A stretch of DNA of 64,000 bases from an uncultured Chloroflexia bacterium (lineage in GTDB: Bacteria; Chloroflexota; UBA6077; JACCZL01), in contig CAVXYC010000001.1 in assembly GCA_963765765.1 (NCBI GenBank), forward strand, positions 334,514 to 398,513, in the 5' to 3' direction. A model generated the notes under the pieces. It was not told the origin of the DNA. It ran no database searches and was given only the letters and a program-made list of their open reading frames with translations. Below, one piece after another: positions 21,772-32,463 of the stretch. Within the stretch, counting starts at the first letter, position 1. Each line of letters starts with the position of its first letter. Made by a program: the position numbers and the translations under genes.

Positions 21772-23058
21772 ATGCTATCGCGTGAAGAAAACGAAGCGCT
21801 GTGTAGGGTGGGGCCCGGCACGCTGATGGGTGCGCTGTTCCGACGCTACTGGCTGCCGCTCATGCATGAATCCGAGCTCAAGGTTGACGATGCGCCGATG
21901 CGCGTTCGCATCCTGGGCGAGGACCTCATGGCCTTCAAGGATAGCGAAGGCCGCGTGGGGGTTACGGAGGAGCTCTGTCCTCATCGACTGGCGCCTCTTT
22001 ACATTGGAAGGAACGAAGAGAGCGGCATTCGCTGTCTCTACCACGGCTGGAAGTTTGACATCACCGGCACATGCGTGGATATGCCCAATGAGCCAGCCGA
22101 TAGCACGTTCAAGTCGAAAGTGAAGCTGCGTGCGTACTCAGCGCACGTCCATGGAGGCCTCGTCTGGGTGTATATGGGTGATCCCGAGCGCGTTCCCGGG
22201 TTCCCCGTCTATCGCTGGACCACCGTTCCTGAGTCACACCGAATCTCGGCGCGGTGGATTCAGGACGCCAACTGGATGCAGAGCCTCGAAGGCGGAATCG
22301 ACACCTCACATGCGTCATTCCTGCATCGTCGCTTTGATCCAATGACGCGTGCGGTGGAGCAGCAAAAAGGAAGTGAGGCCGGTAATCGCGATCTCATGTG
22401 GCATGACAAGGCGCCTCGCTTAGAGCTGCAATACACCAACTACGGGTTTCGCTACGCGGCCATCCGCGAGGCGCCGGAGGGCAAAAAGTACGTCCGCATC
22501 ACCCCGCATATCATGCCCTGCAGCTCCAACCCGCCCGGAGTGTACGGGCAGAATCGGATCTGGAACTGCTGGGTTCCGCGGGATGACGAGAGCTCCTGGG
22601 CCTGGGACATCTCGTATCACGAGACACGGCCGCTGGATCCCGTCGAGGTCGAAGGACTGAGAGAGGTGCGCGGCTACAACTCATACGATCCAGCCACCTT
22701 CCGTAAGTACGGCAATCGCGAAAATCGCTGGCAGCAGGACCGAGAGTCCATGAAGACGGTGAGCTGGTCGGGTATTCGCGGGATCTTTGTCCAGGACAAC
22801 GCGGTCCAGGAGGGGATGGGCGCGATCGTCGATCGCACTCGCGAGCATCTTGGCGCCGCCGATGTGGCCATCATTACCGCGCGGCGCCTGTATTTAAAGG
22901 CGGCGCGCGACCTGGCAGAGCGCGGCATCGAGCCGCCCGGGGTGGAAACGCCGGAGACCTACGCGGACATCGATTCGCACGCGGTTGTCCAGGATCCAGA
23001 CGTCATCTGGCACGAGGCGTTGCCATTGGACCCGAAATTCTCGGTGGCTGCATCGTGA
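21772..23058 (+). CDS. Rieske non-heme iron oxygenase alpha subunit, phthalate 4,5-dioxygenase (Pht3/OphA2/LigX) type
   Basis: MLSREENE.L.RVGPGT.MG; CPHR and CLYHGWKFD Rieske ligands; EGGIDTSHASFLH and QD iron ligands; DRTREHLG. Confidence 0.92.
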   Translation: MLSREENEALCRVGPGTLMGALFRRYWLPLMHESELKVDDAPMRVRILGEDLMAFKDSEGRVGVTEELCPHRLAPLYIGRNEESGIRCLYHGWKFDITGTCVDMPNEPADSTFKSKVKLRAYSAHVHGGLVWVYMGDPERVPGFPVYRWTTVPESHRISARWIQDANWMQSLEGGIDTSHASFLHRRFDPMTRAVEQQKGSEAGNRDLMWHDKAPRLELQYTNYGFRYAAIREAPEGKKYVRITPHIMPCSSNPPGVYGQNRIWNCWVPRDDESSWAWDISYHETRPLDPVEVEGLREVRGYNSYDPATFRKYGNRENRWQQDRESMKTVSWSGIRGIFVQDNAVQEGMGAIVDRTREHLGAADVAIITARRLYLKAARDLAERGIEPPGVETPETYADIDSHAVVQDPDVIWHEALPLDPKFSVAAS

Positions 23059-23272
23059 TGCTCGGGCTTGGTGGGCGGGTCTCCGTAGCCCGACGGCCTG
23101 TCGTCCTTGACGTCTGGCGAGCACGGAGATCGCCATCGGGCCGCCGGTGGCGATCTAAAAGCGCACCGACTGTAAACCACCTGGCCGTCATGTCGTAACG
23201 CCGCGCGGCGCACCGAAGCACCTTCGGTGCGCCGTCTTCTTCCCCCGGCGCGGGCGCCGGAAGGAGGATCGA

Positions 23273-24952
23273 ATGACCGTTCGACGAATGGGGACGAGGT
23301 CCCTCAACATCGTAGGTATCCTGATCATCCTTGCGCTATCGGCCGCGTGCGCTGGCGCCCCGCCCGCTCCCACGGCTGGGACCACCAAAACTGGCGTCAC
23401 TCCGAAAGTTAATCGGGTGGTCATGTCGGTCATACCACCGGCAGAGGAGAGTAATGAGCTCAGGCAGCTCAATCAGCCACAGAACTGGCAGCTCCGCCCC
23501 ATGTACGAGCACCTCATTGGCATGGACGCGGAGACTGGCCAGCTCGTTCCCCAGCTCGCCACAGAGTGGACTCTCGAGCCTGACGGAATGTCCTACCGCT
23601 TCAAGCTACGTCAAAACGTGCCGTTCCACGGCGGTCACGGCAACTTCGGGGCAAAGGATGTGCTGTTCTCCTGGAAGGACTTGACGCAACAGGACTCTAT
23701 CCATGGTGAGGCCGGGTACTGGCGCTCGGTGGTGAAGGATATTGAGATCGTCAATGACAACGAGGTCGTGTTCCGCATGGCCGGGCCAGACGGGAACTTC
23801 CTCGTGGCGGTCTCACAGGCGCAGGGCGGCATGGAGATGCGCAGCAAGCAGCACTTTGACGCCATGGGTCCGCCCACCATGCAGAGCGGCCCCCTGGCTG
23901 GTACTGGCCCGTACCAGTTCAAGGAACGGACGCAGGGGCAGAATGTCATCTTCGAGCGCGTGCCGTATCAGCACTGGCGGGCCACACCCGACTTCCCAGA
24001 GTTCGAGTTCCGATTTCAGCGTGAGCCTTCCACGCGTCTGGCCGCGCTGCTCTCGGGCGAAGTGCACGTCACTAGTCTGCCGGAGGACCTTCTTGGGCAG
24101 GCCGAGAGTCAAGGCTACGGCGTCGTGAAGGGCCGCGTGCCGGGGCTGCGCACGTTCCTGTCGTACTACTGCTGCTATGTGGCGGATCCGAACGATCTGT
24201 CCAAGGGATACAAGTATCCTGACACGCCGTTACAGGACGTGCGCGTCCGCAAGGCGCTGGACAAGGCGATCAATCGCGATCAAATCAACAAGTCGTTCTT
24301 CGCCGGCAAGGGCGAGCTCATGATCATGCCGCACCATCATCCCACGCGCATGGGCTGGAACCCGGACTGGGAGAAGCAGTTCCAGGAGGAGTACGGCTAC
24401 GATCCGGACAAGGCACGGGCGCTATTGGCCGAGGCCGGGTATGGTCCGTCGAAGCCGCTGACCACGTCCATGCTGCTCCAGCCGCTTCCTCAGTACGCCG
24501 GCGCGGAGGACGTGCAGGAGGCCATCGCTGGATTCTGGCGCACGGTCGGGGTGAATGTGGAATCGCTCCAGCGAGACCCTGGCGAGATCGCACAGCGCTC
24601 GCGCCAGCAGCAATACGACAATCACGTTACGGTGACGGGCACCAGCTCCGCGCAGCTCATTGCCATGGTCTATACCAGCACCACCGCCGGACGAAACCCT
24701 GGAGCGGCAGCGGTGCAGGACCCGAACACGGAGAGGTTGGTCCGCCAGCTTTACAGCACCGTGGACACGCAGAAGCAGGAGCAGCTCTGGCGTGAGCTGG
24801 GCGACTACCTCTTCCCATTCCACGGTCAGGTCTCGCTCTTCTGGCTCCCGGCCCAGGCGGTGATCAACACCAAGATCGTATCGGACTACGTCTTCCCGGG
24901 CGCGATCACCGGAACCTGGACGCATGTGGAGGGGGTGAAGGCGGCTCAGTGA
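23273..24952 (+). CDS. ABC transporter substrate-binding lipoprotein, family 5 (Dpp/Opp/Nik type)
   Basis: SAAC lipobox; PQLATEW, FKLRQNVPFH, GTGPY, DVRVRKAL..AINR, YDPDKARALLAEAG. Confidence 0.92.
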   Translation: MTVRRMGTRSLNIVGILIILALSAACAGAPPAPTAGTTKTGVTPKVNRVVMSVIPPAEESNELRQLNQPQNWQLRPMYEHLIGMDAETGQLVPQLATEWTLEPDGMSYRFKLRQNVPFHGGHGNFGAKDVLFSWKDLTQQDSIHGEAGYWRSVVKDIEIVNDNEVVFRMAGPDGNFLVAVSQAQGGMEMRSKQHFDAMGPPTMQSGPLAGTGPYQFKERTQGQNVIFERVPYQHWRATPDFPEFEFRFQREPSTRLAALLSGEVHVTSLPEDLLGQAESQGYGVVKGRVPGLRTFLSYYCCYVADPNDLSKGYKYPDTPLQDVRVRKALDKAINRDQINKSFFAGKGELMIMPHHHPTRMGWNPDWEKQFQEEYGYDPDKARALLAEAGYGPSKPLTTSMLLQPLPQYAGAEDVQEAIAGFWRTVGVNVESLQRDPGEIAQRSRQQQYDNHVTVTGTSSAQLIAMVYTSTTAGRNPGAAAVQDPNTERLVRQLYSTVDTQKQEQLWRELGDYLFPFHGQVSLFWLPAQAVINTKIVSDYVFPGAITGTWTHVEGVKAAQ

Positions 24953-25138
24953 GCAGACGCCCTTGACTCTTTATCCGTCCCTGTGTGGCGGTCATATAGC
25001 TACCCGCCGAAGTTATGAGAGTCACGCATGTCCGCTGTGGCGCCCGAGGTTGAGAGCCTCGGGCGCTGTCGCGCTTGCTAATCGCGGAGACGGACTGACG
25101 CACGGGATTGAATATCCCCATTAATCCCGGGAGCGAGG

Positions 25139-26984
25139 CTAACGCGGGATTTCCAGTGTCGTTCCGTCGCTGTCCCCATCGGCATCGTGGTTCTCCGATG
25201 GCACGTAATTGGGGCTGAGATGGGTCACCGTGAAGCTGGCGCTGGTGGTGTTGGTCGGAAGCGCCTGCGAGTTGATCAGGCATGACCCACTGGATCCGGT
25301 GGTGCAGGTGCCGGAGCGCGATCCGCCAGTCCAGGTGTACGTTCCGGAGACTGTCACATTGGGTGCCGCCGCGTGGGAGGCGTTGTGCACGGTGATCTTC
25401 ACCTCGGCTGACCACTGACGCTTATTCCGCTGGGTCGAGCTCCCGTTCAGGTCGCCCACGTGATTGTCAGCGGAAGGCGTGGCAGTAATGGTGGCCGTTG
25501 ACGTGGGCGTGCTGGACGGACCCGCAGTTGGCGTGAGTGTGGGCGTGCTTGACGGGCCAGCCGTCGGTGTACTGGTTGGCGAGGGGTTACTCGCGCCCAG
25601 CGCCTTGGCCACGTCTAGGCGGCCTCCGGTGACCACGCGGCCCGCGAGCGATGCCGTGGGAGCGCTGTTGTTTAAGATGGCGCTCTTTATCTGGGCGGCG
25701 CTGGCCCCGGGGTTGAGCGCCGCGTAGAGGGCGATGGCGCCAGTCACGTGTGGCGCCGCCATAGAGGTACCGCCCTTCGATCCGTACGCACTCGTGGATG
25801 AGCCCAGAGTGGAGAGGATGTCCCCACCGGGCGCACCGAGGTCTACTGAGCTCGCTCCCCAGCTCGAGCTGGAGCGTTTGGCGCCGTCCTTCTCGATTGC
25901 CGCGACGGAGATGACGTTGGGCTGGTCGTAACTGGACGGGTAGTACGGTGAAGAATCGTTGCTGCGATTGTTGTTGCCCGCCGAGGCGACAAACAAGATA
26001 TTGGCCGTATTTGCGCGGCCGATCGCCTCCAAAACCGCCTGTGAAAAACCCGATCCACCAAACGAGTTGTTGGTCGCGACGATGTTGACTGGCCTTTCCT
26101 TACGGGTCTTCAGAGCAATCAGGTAGTCAAGCACGCGGGGAATGTTGGCGCTCGTACCGCCGTTGTCGTTCAGGTACTTCGTGACGATGAGCTTCACGTT
26201 CCAGCTCACCCCGGCCACGCCTGCCGCATTGCCGCCACGGGCTCCGATGGTACCCGCTACATGAGTTCCGTGGCCGTCCGTGGAGTCCTGTGTGCCCGAG
26301 TCGAAGACTGTCTTATCGTTGTTGGAGAAGTCCCAACCGTTGATATCGTCGATGTAACCGTTCCCGTCATTGTCGATGCCGTCGCCGGCAGTCTCCAACA
26401 GGTTGGTCCAGAAGTTCATCTTCAGATCATCGTGATCAAGTCGCACCCCGTGATCGGTCACGGCAACGTAGACGTCGCCCGTTTGCGGGATTCCTACGAA
26501 GCCCGCCGCCCATGCCTCACCGGCCTGACTACCATACTGGTTGGCTGGCGAGGTGGCATCTCCGTACATGCCCCAGAGCTGGTTGCTGGTGTAGTACGGA
26601 TCGTTCGACGATTCATCCGCGGTGTAGATGAAGTTGCGCTCGGCGAATCGGACCGAGGGGTGCCCATGCAGACGCGTGATGGCCTCGCTCACCGAAAGGC
26701 CGGGCGGGAGATGCACGAGCTCGAGGTCGCCTTCGGTGGGGGATGCGCGGAGCACCTCTTTGCGCGCCGCGTTCAGCGGCCCGCGAATACCGGACTTGCC
26801 TGGCTCGTCTACCCCCGGGCGGTACTGGATGACGACCTCATCGTCGACGTAACGGGCTGACGGCGGAATCGGGTCCGCCTGCGCGGAGACGCTTGGCGGC
26901 CCCGGGCGGACTCTGCGCGCCTGCGAGCAAGCTCAGGGCCAGTGAGAGTACCAGACTGAAGCGAGCGAGATGCCGGGCATTCAT
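25139..26984 (-). CDS. secreted S8 subtilisin-like serine protease with PT-rich linker and C-terminal beta domain (frameshift near 26900)
   Basis: ATG at 26984 with GGAGG RBS and signal peptide; VAVTDHGV, HGTHVAG, SAGN, GTSMAAPHVTG; DGIDNDGNGYIDD Ca loop. Confidence 0.92.
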
Positions 26985-27129
26985 CGATCAGGCCTCCAGG
27001 GCACGCCCGGCTGTAGCACGGGCGACTACATCGGCAGCCAGTGTAGCGATACCTCAGGCAGATGTACAGAGGGCAGTACCGAGATCCTCGGACAGCCCCG
27101 TGGAGTGCGGCGCGTGGTACAACGAACCC

Positions 27130-27586
27130 ATGGCACGCGCGACTTTACTGCTGGTCATTCTGGCATTCGCCGGCGTTTGCGGCTCGCCCCGCATTGCGCG
27201 AGGTGAGACGCCGGCGCCGCTTGTCCTGCTGGTGGCAACCGATCGACCGAGCTACGCTCAGGGAGACACGGCGACGGTTACCATTGCGATCGACAATCCG
27301 ACCGCGTTAGCTGTACCCGTCGCGTTCCACTCGGCGCAGCGATTCGACCTCGCGGTGCGCGCTGGCGATGTCGAGGTCTGGCGCTGGTCCGCGGATCGCG
27401 ATTTCGCCCAGGTGGATTCGGAGCAGGCAATTGCGCCGGGGGTGACCCTGTTGGGCCGCGTCACCTGGGATTGGCGCGACGCAACTGGCGCGCCGCTGCA
27501 CCCGGGGCCTATCGGCTCGTCGGCTCGATGAGCGGAACGCCCCCGTGGAGGGAAACGTCCTGCTCATCGAGCTGAGCGCGCCGTAA
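27130..27586 (+). CDS. secreted BsuPI-type (intracellular proteinase inhibitor family) protein (frameshift near 27505)
   Basis: Signal peptide; TDRPSYAQG, F.SAQRFDL.V...EVWRWS...FAQ...IAPG...W; continues as YRLVG...IELSAP* in the shifted frame. Confidence 0.72.
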
Positions 27587-27601
27587 GATTCTAGAGCTCC
27601 G

Positions 27602-28030
27602 TCAGGCTGTCGTCACACCGAGCTGCTGCTGGATGGCCGCCAGGTCGCACCAGGCTTGCTCGCGAGTGATTTTCCCGTCCCTCACCTCGAAGACGTGCAA
27701 TAGGCGAAAGCTCACCGGGCCGCTCTTCCCGTCACACAGGAACGGCTTACCGTCCTTGATCTTGCCGTGCCACAGCGTTTCGTCGATCACGAAATCGTCG
27801 CCGTAGTAGCGGCGGATTGGCGTCACGCCTTCACCTTCCACGTTGCTGAATAGCATTTCGTAGAACGACCGAATGCGATCCTTGTCCGTTGAGACGCCCA
27901 TGGGTGACGGGACAACCTCATGTTCTACGGTGTCAGCCAGGCTGTCCATCACGGCGTTGACGTTGTCCGTCGCTTCGAACATGAAATGCTCGTTGATGAT
28001 CGAATCGAGCTCCGCGGTCCTAAGGCGCAC
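27602..28030 (-). CDS. SnoaL-like / NTF2-family protein (ester cyclase)
   Basis: IRSFYEMLF, VIDE, LHVFEVRDGKITRE..W.D. Confidence 0.85.
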   Translation of the reverse strand: MRLRTAELDSIINEHFMFEATDNVNAVMDSLADTVEHEVVPSPMGVSTDKDRIRSFYEMLFSNVEGEGVTPIRRYYGDDFVIDETLWHGKIKDGKPFLCDGKSGPVSFRLLHVFEVRDGKITREQAWCDLAAIQQQLGVTTA

Positions 28031-28052
28031 TACGATACCTCCGTATACTCTT

Positions 28053-28084
28053 GTCTCGTATCGAGACTTGCTGTCTCATGAGAC
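28053..28084. promoter_or_regulatory. putative TetR operator array
   Basis: GTCTCGtatCGAGAC and GTCTCATGAGAC palindromes, with GAGAC-N5-GTCTC between them, in the divergent intergenic gap. Confidence 0.6.
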
Positions 28085-28098
28085 TGATGTGTATCATA

Positions 28099-28749
28099 AT
28101 GAGCATGAATGTATCGAGTCAAGAGGATCCGCGCAAGAACCAGAAAGATCGCACGCGGGCGGCCATCGTGGACGCGGCGCTCGCGCTGATGCGGGACGGA
28201 GTGACGCCGACGGTCACCTCGGCCGCCGAAGCGGCGCGAGTCTCACGACCCACCGCCTATCGTTATTTCCCCAGCCAGGAATCGCTCATGAGCGAGATCA
28301 TGGATATGACTCCCACCACTGAGCCCGTGGAGGAGCTCATTCGCTCAATGGACGGCTCAGACGCGAAGAAACGCCTGAGCGAGCTCCTGGGCATGTTCAA
28401 CGGAATCGTCGTTGCCAACGAGGGTCAGTACCGCGCGGCGCTCCGTGTCTATCTCGACACCTGGTTCGCGGCCCGAAAGGCCGGTCAGAACGCGCCCGAT
28501 GTCCGCTTTGGTCGACGTGGCCGCTGGCTGGAGAGTGCCCTGGAGCCGTTGCGCGATTCGCTGTCGCCCGACCAGTGGCGTCGACTGATCAACGCCCTCT
28601 CGCTCACCCTAGGCGCCGACAGCCTGGTCATCCTCAAAGACGTGTGCGGTCTGGACAACGACGAGGCGCTGGATGTGCTCCATTGGACGGCCCAAACGAT
28701 TTTGGATGCGGTGCTGCGTGAAGCCAGTCGGCGACCCAGCGGCGATTAA
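28099..28749 (+). CDS. TetR/AcrR family transcriptional regulator
   Basis: RTRAAIVDAA..L...TVTSAAEAARVSRPTAYRYFP. Confidence 0.92.
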   Translation: MSMNVSSQEDPRKNQKDRTRAAIVDAALALMRDGVTPTVTSAAEAARVSRPTAYRYFPSQESLMSEIMDMTPTTEPVEELIRSMDGSDAKKRLSELLGMFNGIVVANEGQYRAALRVYLDTWFAARKAGQNAPDVRFGRRGRWLESALEPLRDSLSPDQWRRLINALSLTLGADSLVILKDVCGLDNDEALDVLHWTAQTILDAVLREASRRPSGD

Positions 28750-28836
28750 CTGTAGGGCGTGCTGTTGTCCAACCCGCGGCATCAATAAATTTCGCGGGCC
28801 TGATTGGAACCCCGCTCTATAGACGATGAGCGTCAG

Positions 28837-30483
28837 CTAGTCACCGCCGCTACCCAGTCTCCGCAATAACGACTGTATCGCATCCCACGCGGGGAGGCCC
28901 CGGACTTCCGATGGAAGCGCAGCAACTCGGTTTTCAAAAGCTCGGATCTCGGCTCTCAGTCCACGTTCCGTTTCAGTGAGCATGCCATCATAGTTAGGGT
29001 CCAGTAGGTGTGCGGGGCTACTTGTGGCGGTACACAGGAGAAGATCGAGAAAGATTTCCAACTTTCTAGCCGCATTAGCGAGCGACCGATCGTCCACTTC
29101 TCCTTCTGGTGAGCTGGGTGACATGCTGACAAAATTGATATCGCCTCGCCACAGCTCCTGAACGAGCTGATCATCGTATAGCAAGAGTGCGGTTGCATAT
29201 GGTCTTATCTCGGAGCTGGATGACGAAGGGGTTCGAACTGCCTTCCGCACGTCAGCCGCGATTCGATGAAAATTGTCGTCGGTCAACGAGAAGCCGACAA
29301 AGAGCATATGGCGAGTAATTAATAAGGCCTGGACAATGCCGCGAGAGCGGCTCGTTGCTCGGAGTACCGCTGGTAATCTTCACGCGTGAGCACGATATCG
29401 TCCGGATGCTAAACACAGCCATGCATTTTGAGAAGCCACCGCTCGCCGCTTGCCGCGGCTTCATATGGCAGGACCGCGACTGGAGATCCAAGCGCTCGGG
29501 CCGCGGACTCGAAGAGCGTGTCGTAATTCATCGTTGCCGCTTCGCGGATAGGGAGCGCAGCGAGTAGTGAGTCGGCCAGTGGGCATTGATCGGTGCGCAA
29601 CTGATCGGCGATGATCTTTCCCATATCAAGGCCCTCCGCGATCAGTCGCCCCTGGATAATTCTTGCCCGGTCGATTCCAGGCAGCCGTTCGAGCGCTTTA
29701 AGCTCGTCGGCGTTCATTCCCGCATTCGTGGCGAGCGATTGAAGAAGTGTGGCCCACGTCGGAAGCCCGGCTGCGGCGCTCGTCCCCGCACCGAGAAAAA
29801 GCACGAGATTCCCTCGCGCTGCATGTGCGGCGAGCGAGTCCGCCGAATCGCGGAGCTGCTGGTCAAGGTCTGACCACGGATCGGCCGTCGCTTCAGAGCC
29901 ATCACTGGCTATCTGACGACGTACAGATTGGCTCGCGGCGAGTGCGGCCGTGGTGGACGTCATCAGGACAACGTCGAAGTCCAATTCCCTGGTCTCCTCA
30001 TAAAGTACTTCGAGCATCGCGCGAATCATGTCTCCTTTGATCCTGTCCGCACCTCCTTGCCCGGTACCAACTAACGGGATGCCAATCAGATGACGAACTC
30101 GGCCGAATCTAGGATCGTGGACCACGAGTCTGGTGTGAGCAGCATGAAGAAACTGTCGCAGACCGTCCGCGTACCAGGATGGCGGAGTTGATTCCACAGC
30201 ACCGACATTCACAAGTAGTGGCTCCGGCTCACGCTCGGGCCAATCGGAAAATGTCGCGACTCGCGCGCCATCATTCGCCCAATCAGAAGGGAGATGAATC
30301 CGTGACACGGGGATCAGTGGGGTAGCGGGCGGTCTGGAGAGACTCCAGACGATTCAGCAGTGTGGTGGACGCGCCATTCTGCCAGCCGCGCGTTATACGG
30401 AGCGACGCATCGCACGGGAGCAGCCAGAGATCACAGGCGAGGCGCCGTAAGTCACCCTGCGCAATAAACACATGTCCCGGCAC
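28837..30483 (-). CDS. macrodomain-SIR2 (SIR2_2) fusion protein (frameshifts near 30300, 29410, 29340)
   Basis: VFIAQGDLRRLACD and IGIPLVGTGQGG (macro); LVLFLGAGTS.AAGLPTW, TMNYD.LFE, LLKMHG, IVLTREDY, LFVGFSLTD.NF (SIR2). Confidence 0.82.
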
Positions 30484-30657
30484 ATCTTGCTCCGTGAAGG
30501 GCGTAGTCGCAATTTTACGATGGGGGAAACTGGCCTCCTTGTACTACTGCCCGCACCGTGGAGCGCGCTGGTTCCAGAGTCCCGATCTCAAGCGGCTCTA
30601 GACGCGGATGCATGGAGCATCAGAAGCATTGCGCTCAAGTCCGCTATTGGGTCGAAT

Positions 30658-31203
30658 TCAGATGTTGAAAAGGGAGAGGGCGATCCCCCCAGCCCCGGCC
30701 GCCCCGAGAACGATAATGGGATGGATCTTGCCGGTCCAGCTCAAGCCAAAGCCCAATGCTGCCAGGGCCACGCTGCCGGCGAACCCTGGCGTAACGCCAA
30801 CGCCGGTTGACAGCAGTATGCCGGCGCTCACGGACAGAAGGAGGCCTGCGGAGGCCAGAGCGATGCCTTGCATGGCTCCGCGTACCCATGGCCGGTGCAG
30901 CGAGCCTCGAATAATGGGCGCGAGCGGGAGCACCAGTAGCGGCGGAATGGTGGCGCCTAGCATGGCCAGAAATACGCCCGGCCAGCCGGCAACCATGTAC
31001 CCAAGGCTTACCACGAACATGCCGGTGGGGCCTGGGCTGAGCCGGCCCACGGCCAGTGATTTGGCGATGTCTGCCTCGGTTACCCAACCGCGAAGCTGCA
31101 CCATTTCCTGGTTCAGCACCGGCAGGGCCGCCTGACCGGCGAAAGTGATCAGGCTGGACTTGAAGAAGACGGTGAACACTTCAAAGTAATAATCCCAGGG
31201 CAT
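30658..31203 (-). CDS. short-chain chromate transporter subunit (ChrA family)
   Basis: FFKSSLITFAG, GWVT, GRLSPGP, GYMVAGWPG; TAATG coupling to the upstream gene. Confidence 0.88.
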   Translation of the reverse strand: MPWDYYFEVFTVFFKSSLITFAGQAALPVLNQEMVQLRGWVTEADIAKSLAVGRLSPGPTGMFVVSLGYMVAGWPGVFLAMLGATIPPLLVLPLAPIIRGSLHRPWVRGAMQGIALASAGLLLSVSAGILLSTGVGVTPGFAGSVALAALGFGLSWTGKIHPIIVLGAAGAGGIALSLFNI

Positions 31204-31829
31204 TAGTGGATCTCGCCTGAGACGCGCTCCTGAGACCAGGCGGACATAATGGCACGAATGAACGCCGCGCCGAGCAGAATGAAGAGCACCGGCGCCTTGA
31301 CCACGCCCACCAGCACGGCCGCCACGAGAACGATGCACCAGTCCACTAGGCCCAGCTTGCCTTTCCGAGCGGTGGTGCGGCCGAAGAAGACTGCCAGCGC
31401 CAGCGTCATCCCCGCCGTGGCCGGGATGATGCCTCTCAGCATCCATTGCACAACGGGAAACTGCTCAATAACCTCCAACCCGGCGGTGAACAGACCGGTG
31501 AGTATGGCCGACGGGATGACAAATGCGGCGACGGCCACCGGAATGCCCCAGATCCCGGAGACGTGATGTCCGAGCATGCCCGCAAGCGCGACGAGATGGA
31601 TGCCCGGACTTGCCTGACCAATGGCCCAGCACTCCCGAAACGTGCTGGTTGGAACCCACTTGGTTCGCTCTACCATGAGCGAACGGATCATGTACATGGT
31701 GCTCGGTCCACCACCCAGCGATTGCGAGCCGATGGCGATCCAGGTACGCGCAAGCTTAGCGAGCGACGGTCGGTCGTCGGGGACGCTCGTGTCGCCGCGA
31801 TTCCCGGTAACCGCGGACGCGTCAGTCAC
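31203..31829 (-). CDS. short-chain chromate transporter subunit (ChrA family)
   Basis: IGSQSLGGG, VERTKW, GQASPG, FVIPS, LRGI.PA. Confidence 0.88.
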   Translation of the reverse strand: MTDASAVTGNRGDTSVPDDRPSLAKLARTWIAIGSQSLGGGPSTMYMIRSLMVERTKWVPTSTFRECWAIGQASPGIHLVALAGMLGHHVSGIWGIPVAVAAFVIPSAILTGLFTAGLEVIEQFPVVQWMLRGIIPATAGMTLALAVFFGRTTARKGKLGLVDWCIVLVAAVLVGVVKAPVLFILLGAAFIRAIMSAWSQERVSGEIH

Positions 31830-32463
31830 GATCTATCCCGTGTTCTAGCGCCGCATCGCTCGGCACTCCGTCAGCGACGCGGAAGTTCTGATGAATGCAA
31901 GCGGCCGCCGGACCGCGTCGTTCGCTTCTGACCATTGTGCTCACAATCCCAATCAGATTCTTTCACGTGACGGCTCGGCGCATGATGCCGGGTGTGGTCG
32001 GCGGGGAAGGCGTACCACGGGGGCAACGGATCGCTCCTGGCTAGTCGCTGATCAGGATAGCGCCCAACGGCCATCCAGGTACATCGGCTCCGCACACAAA
32101 GACACGAAGTGCGAATCACTGAATGGCGAGTCTCGAGATGGCCTACGGCGTACGAGTCACTGAGAGTGATCGGTGACGAGTGGCGGTGGGCGGGAACGGA
32201 AATCAGCGATCTTGGGCCGATCGTTGAAAAGGCAGCTCCAGTTCGATTCCGTGCATCTCTTTGTCAAGTCGGACGACCGCTGCCGCCAGGTCGACCTCCA
32301 GCCAGGGCGGCGGCGCACCAAGCTGCTCCAGAGCTCATCCGTTTCGCGCGCTTCGGCCAGTAGGCCAGTCCGTGAAAGATGATAAGGACTCACCGCCTCG
32401 GAGGTGCCTGATCAAGGCGGCTGGCACCTGTCATTCATTGCGTCGGGCGGTGATCACGACCAG

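Noticed and set aside
25480-25590. Tandem DNA repeat
   Set aside because: Encodes the ordinary Pro/Thr linker (TPTAGPSSTPT x2) of the S8 protease.
31830-32460. Possible small genes or ncRNA upstream of the chromate transporter pair
   Set aside because: None of the short ORFs has motifs or a convincing RBS, and no recognisable RNA family was seen.
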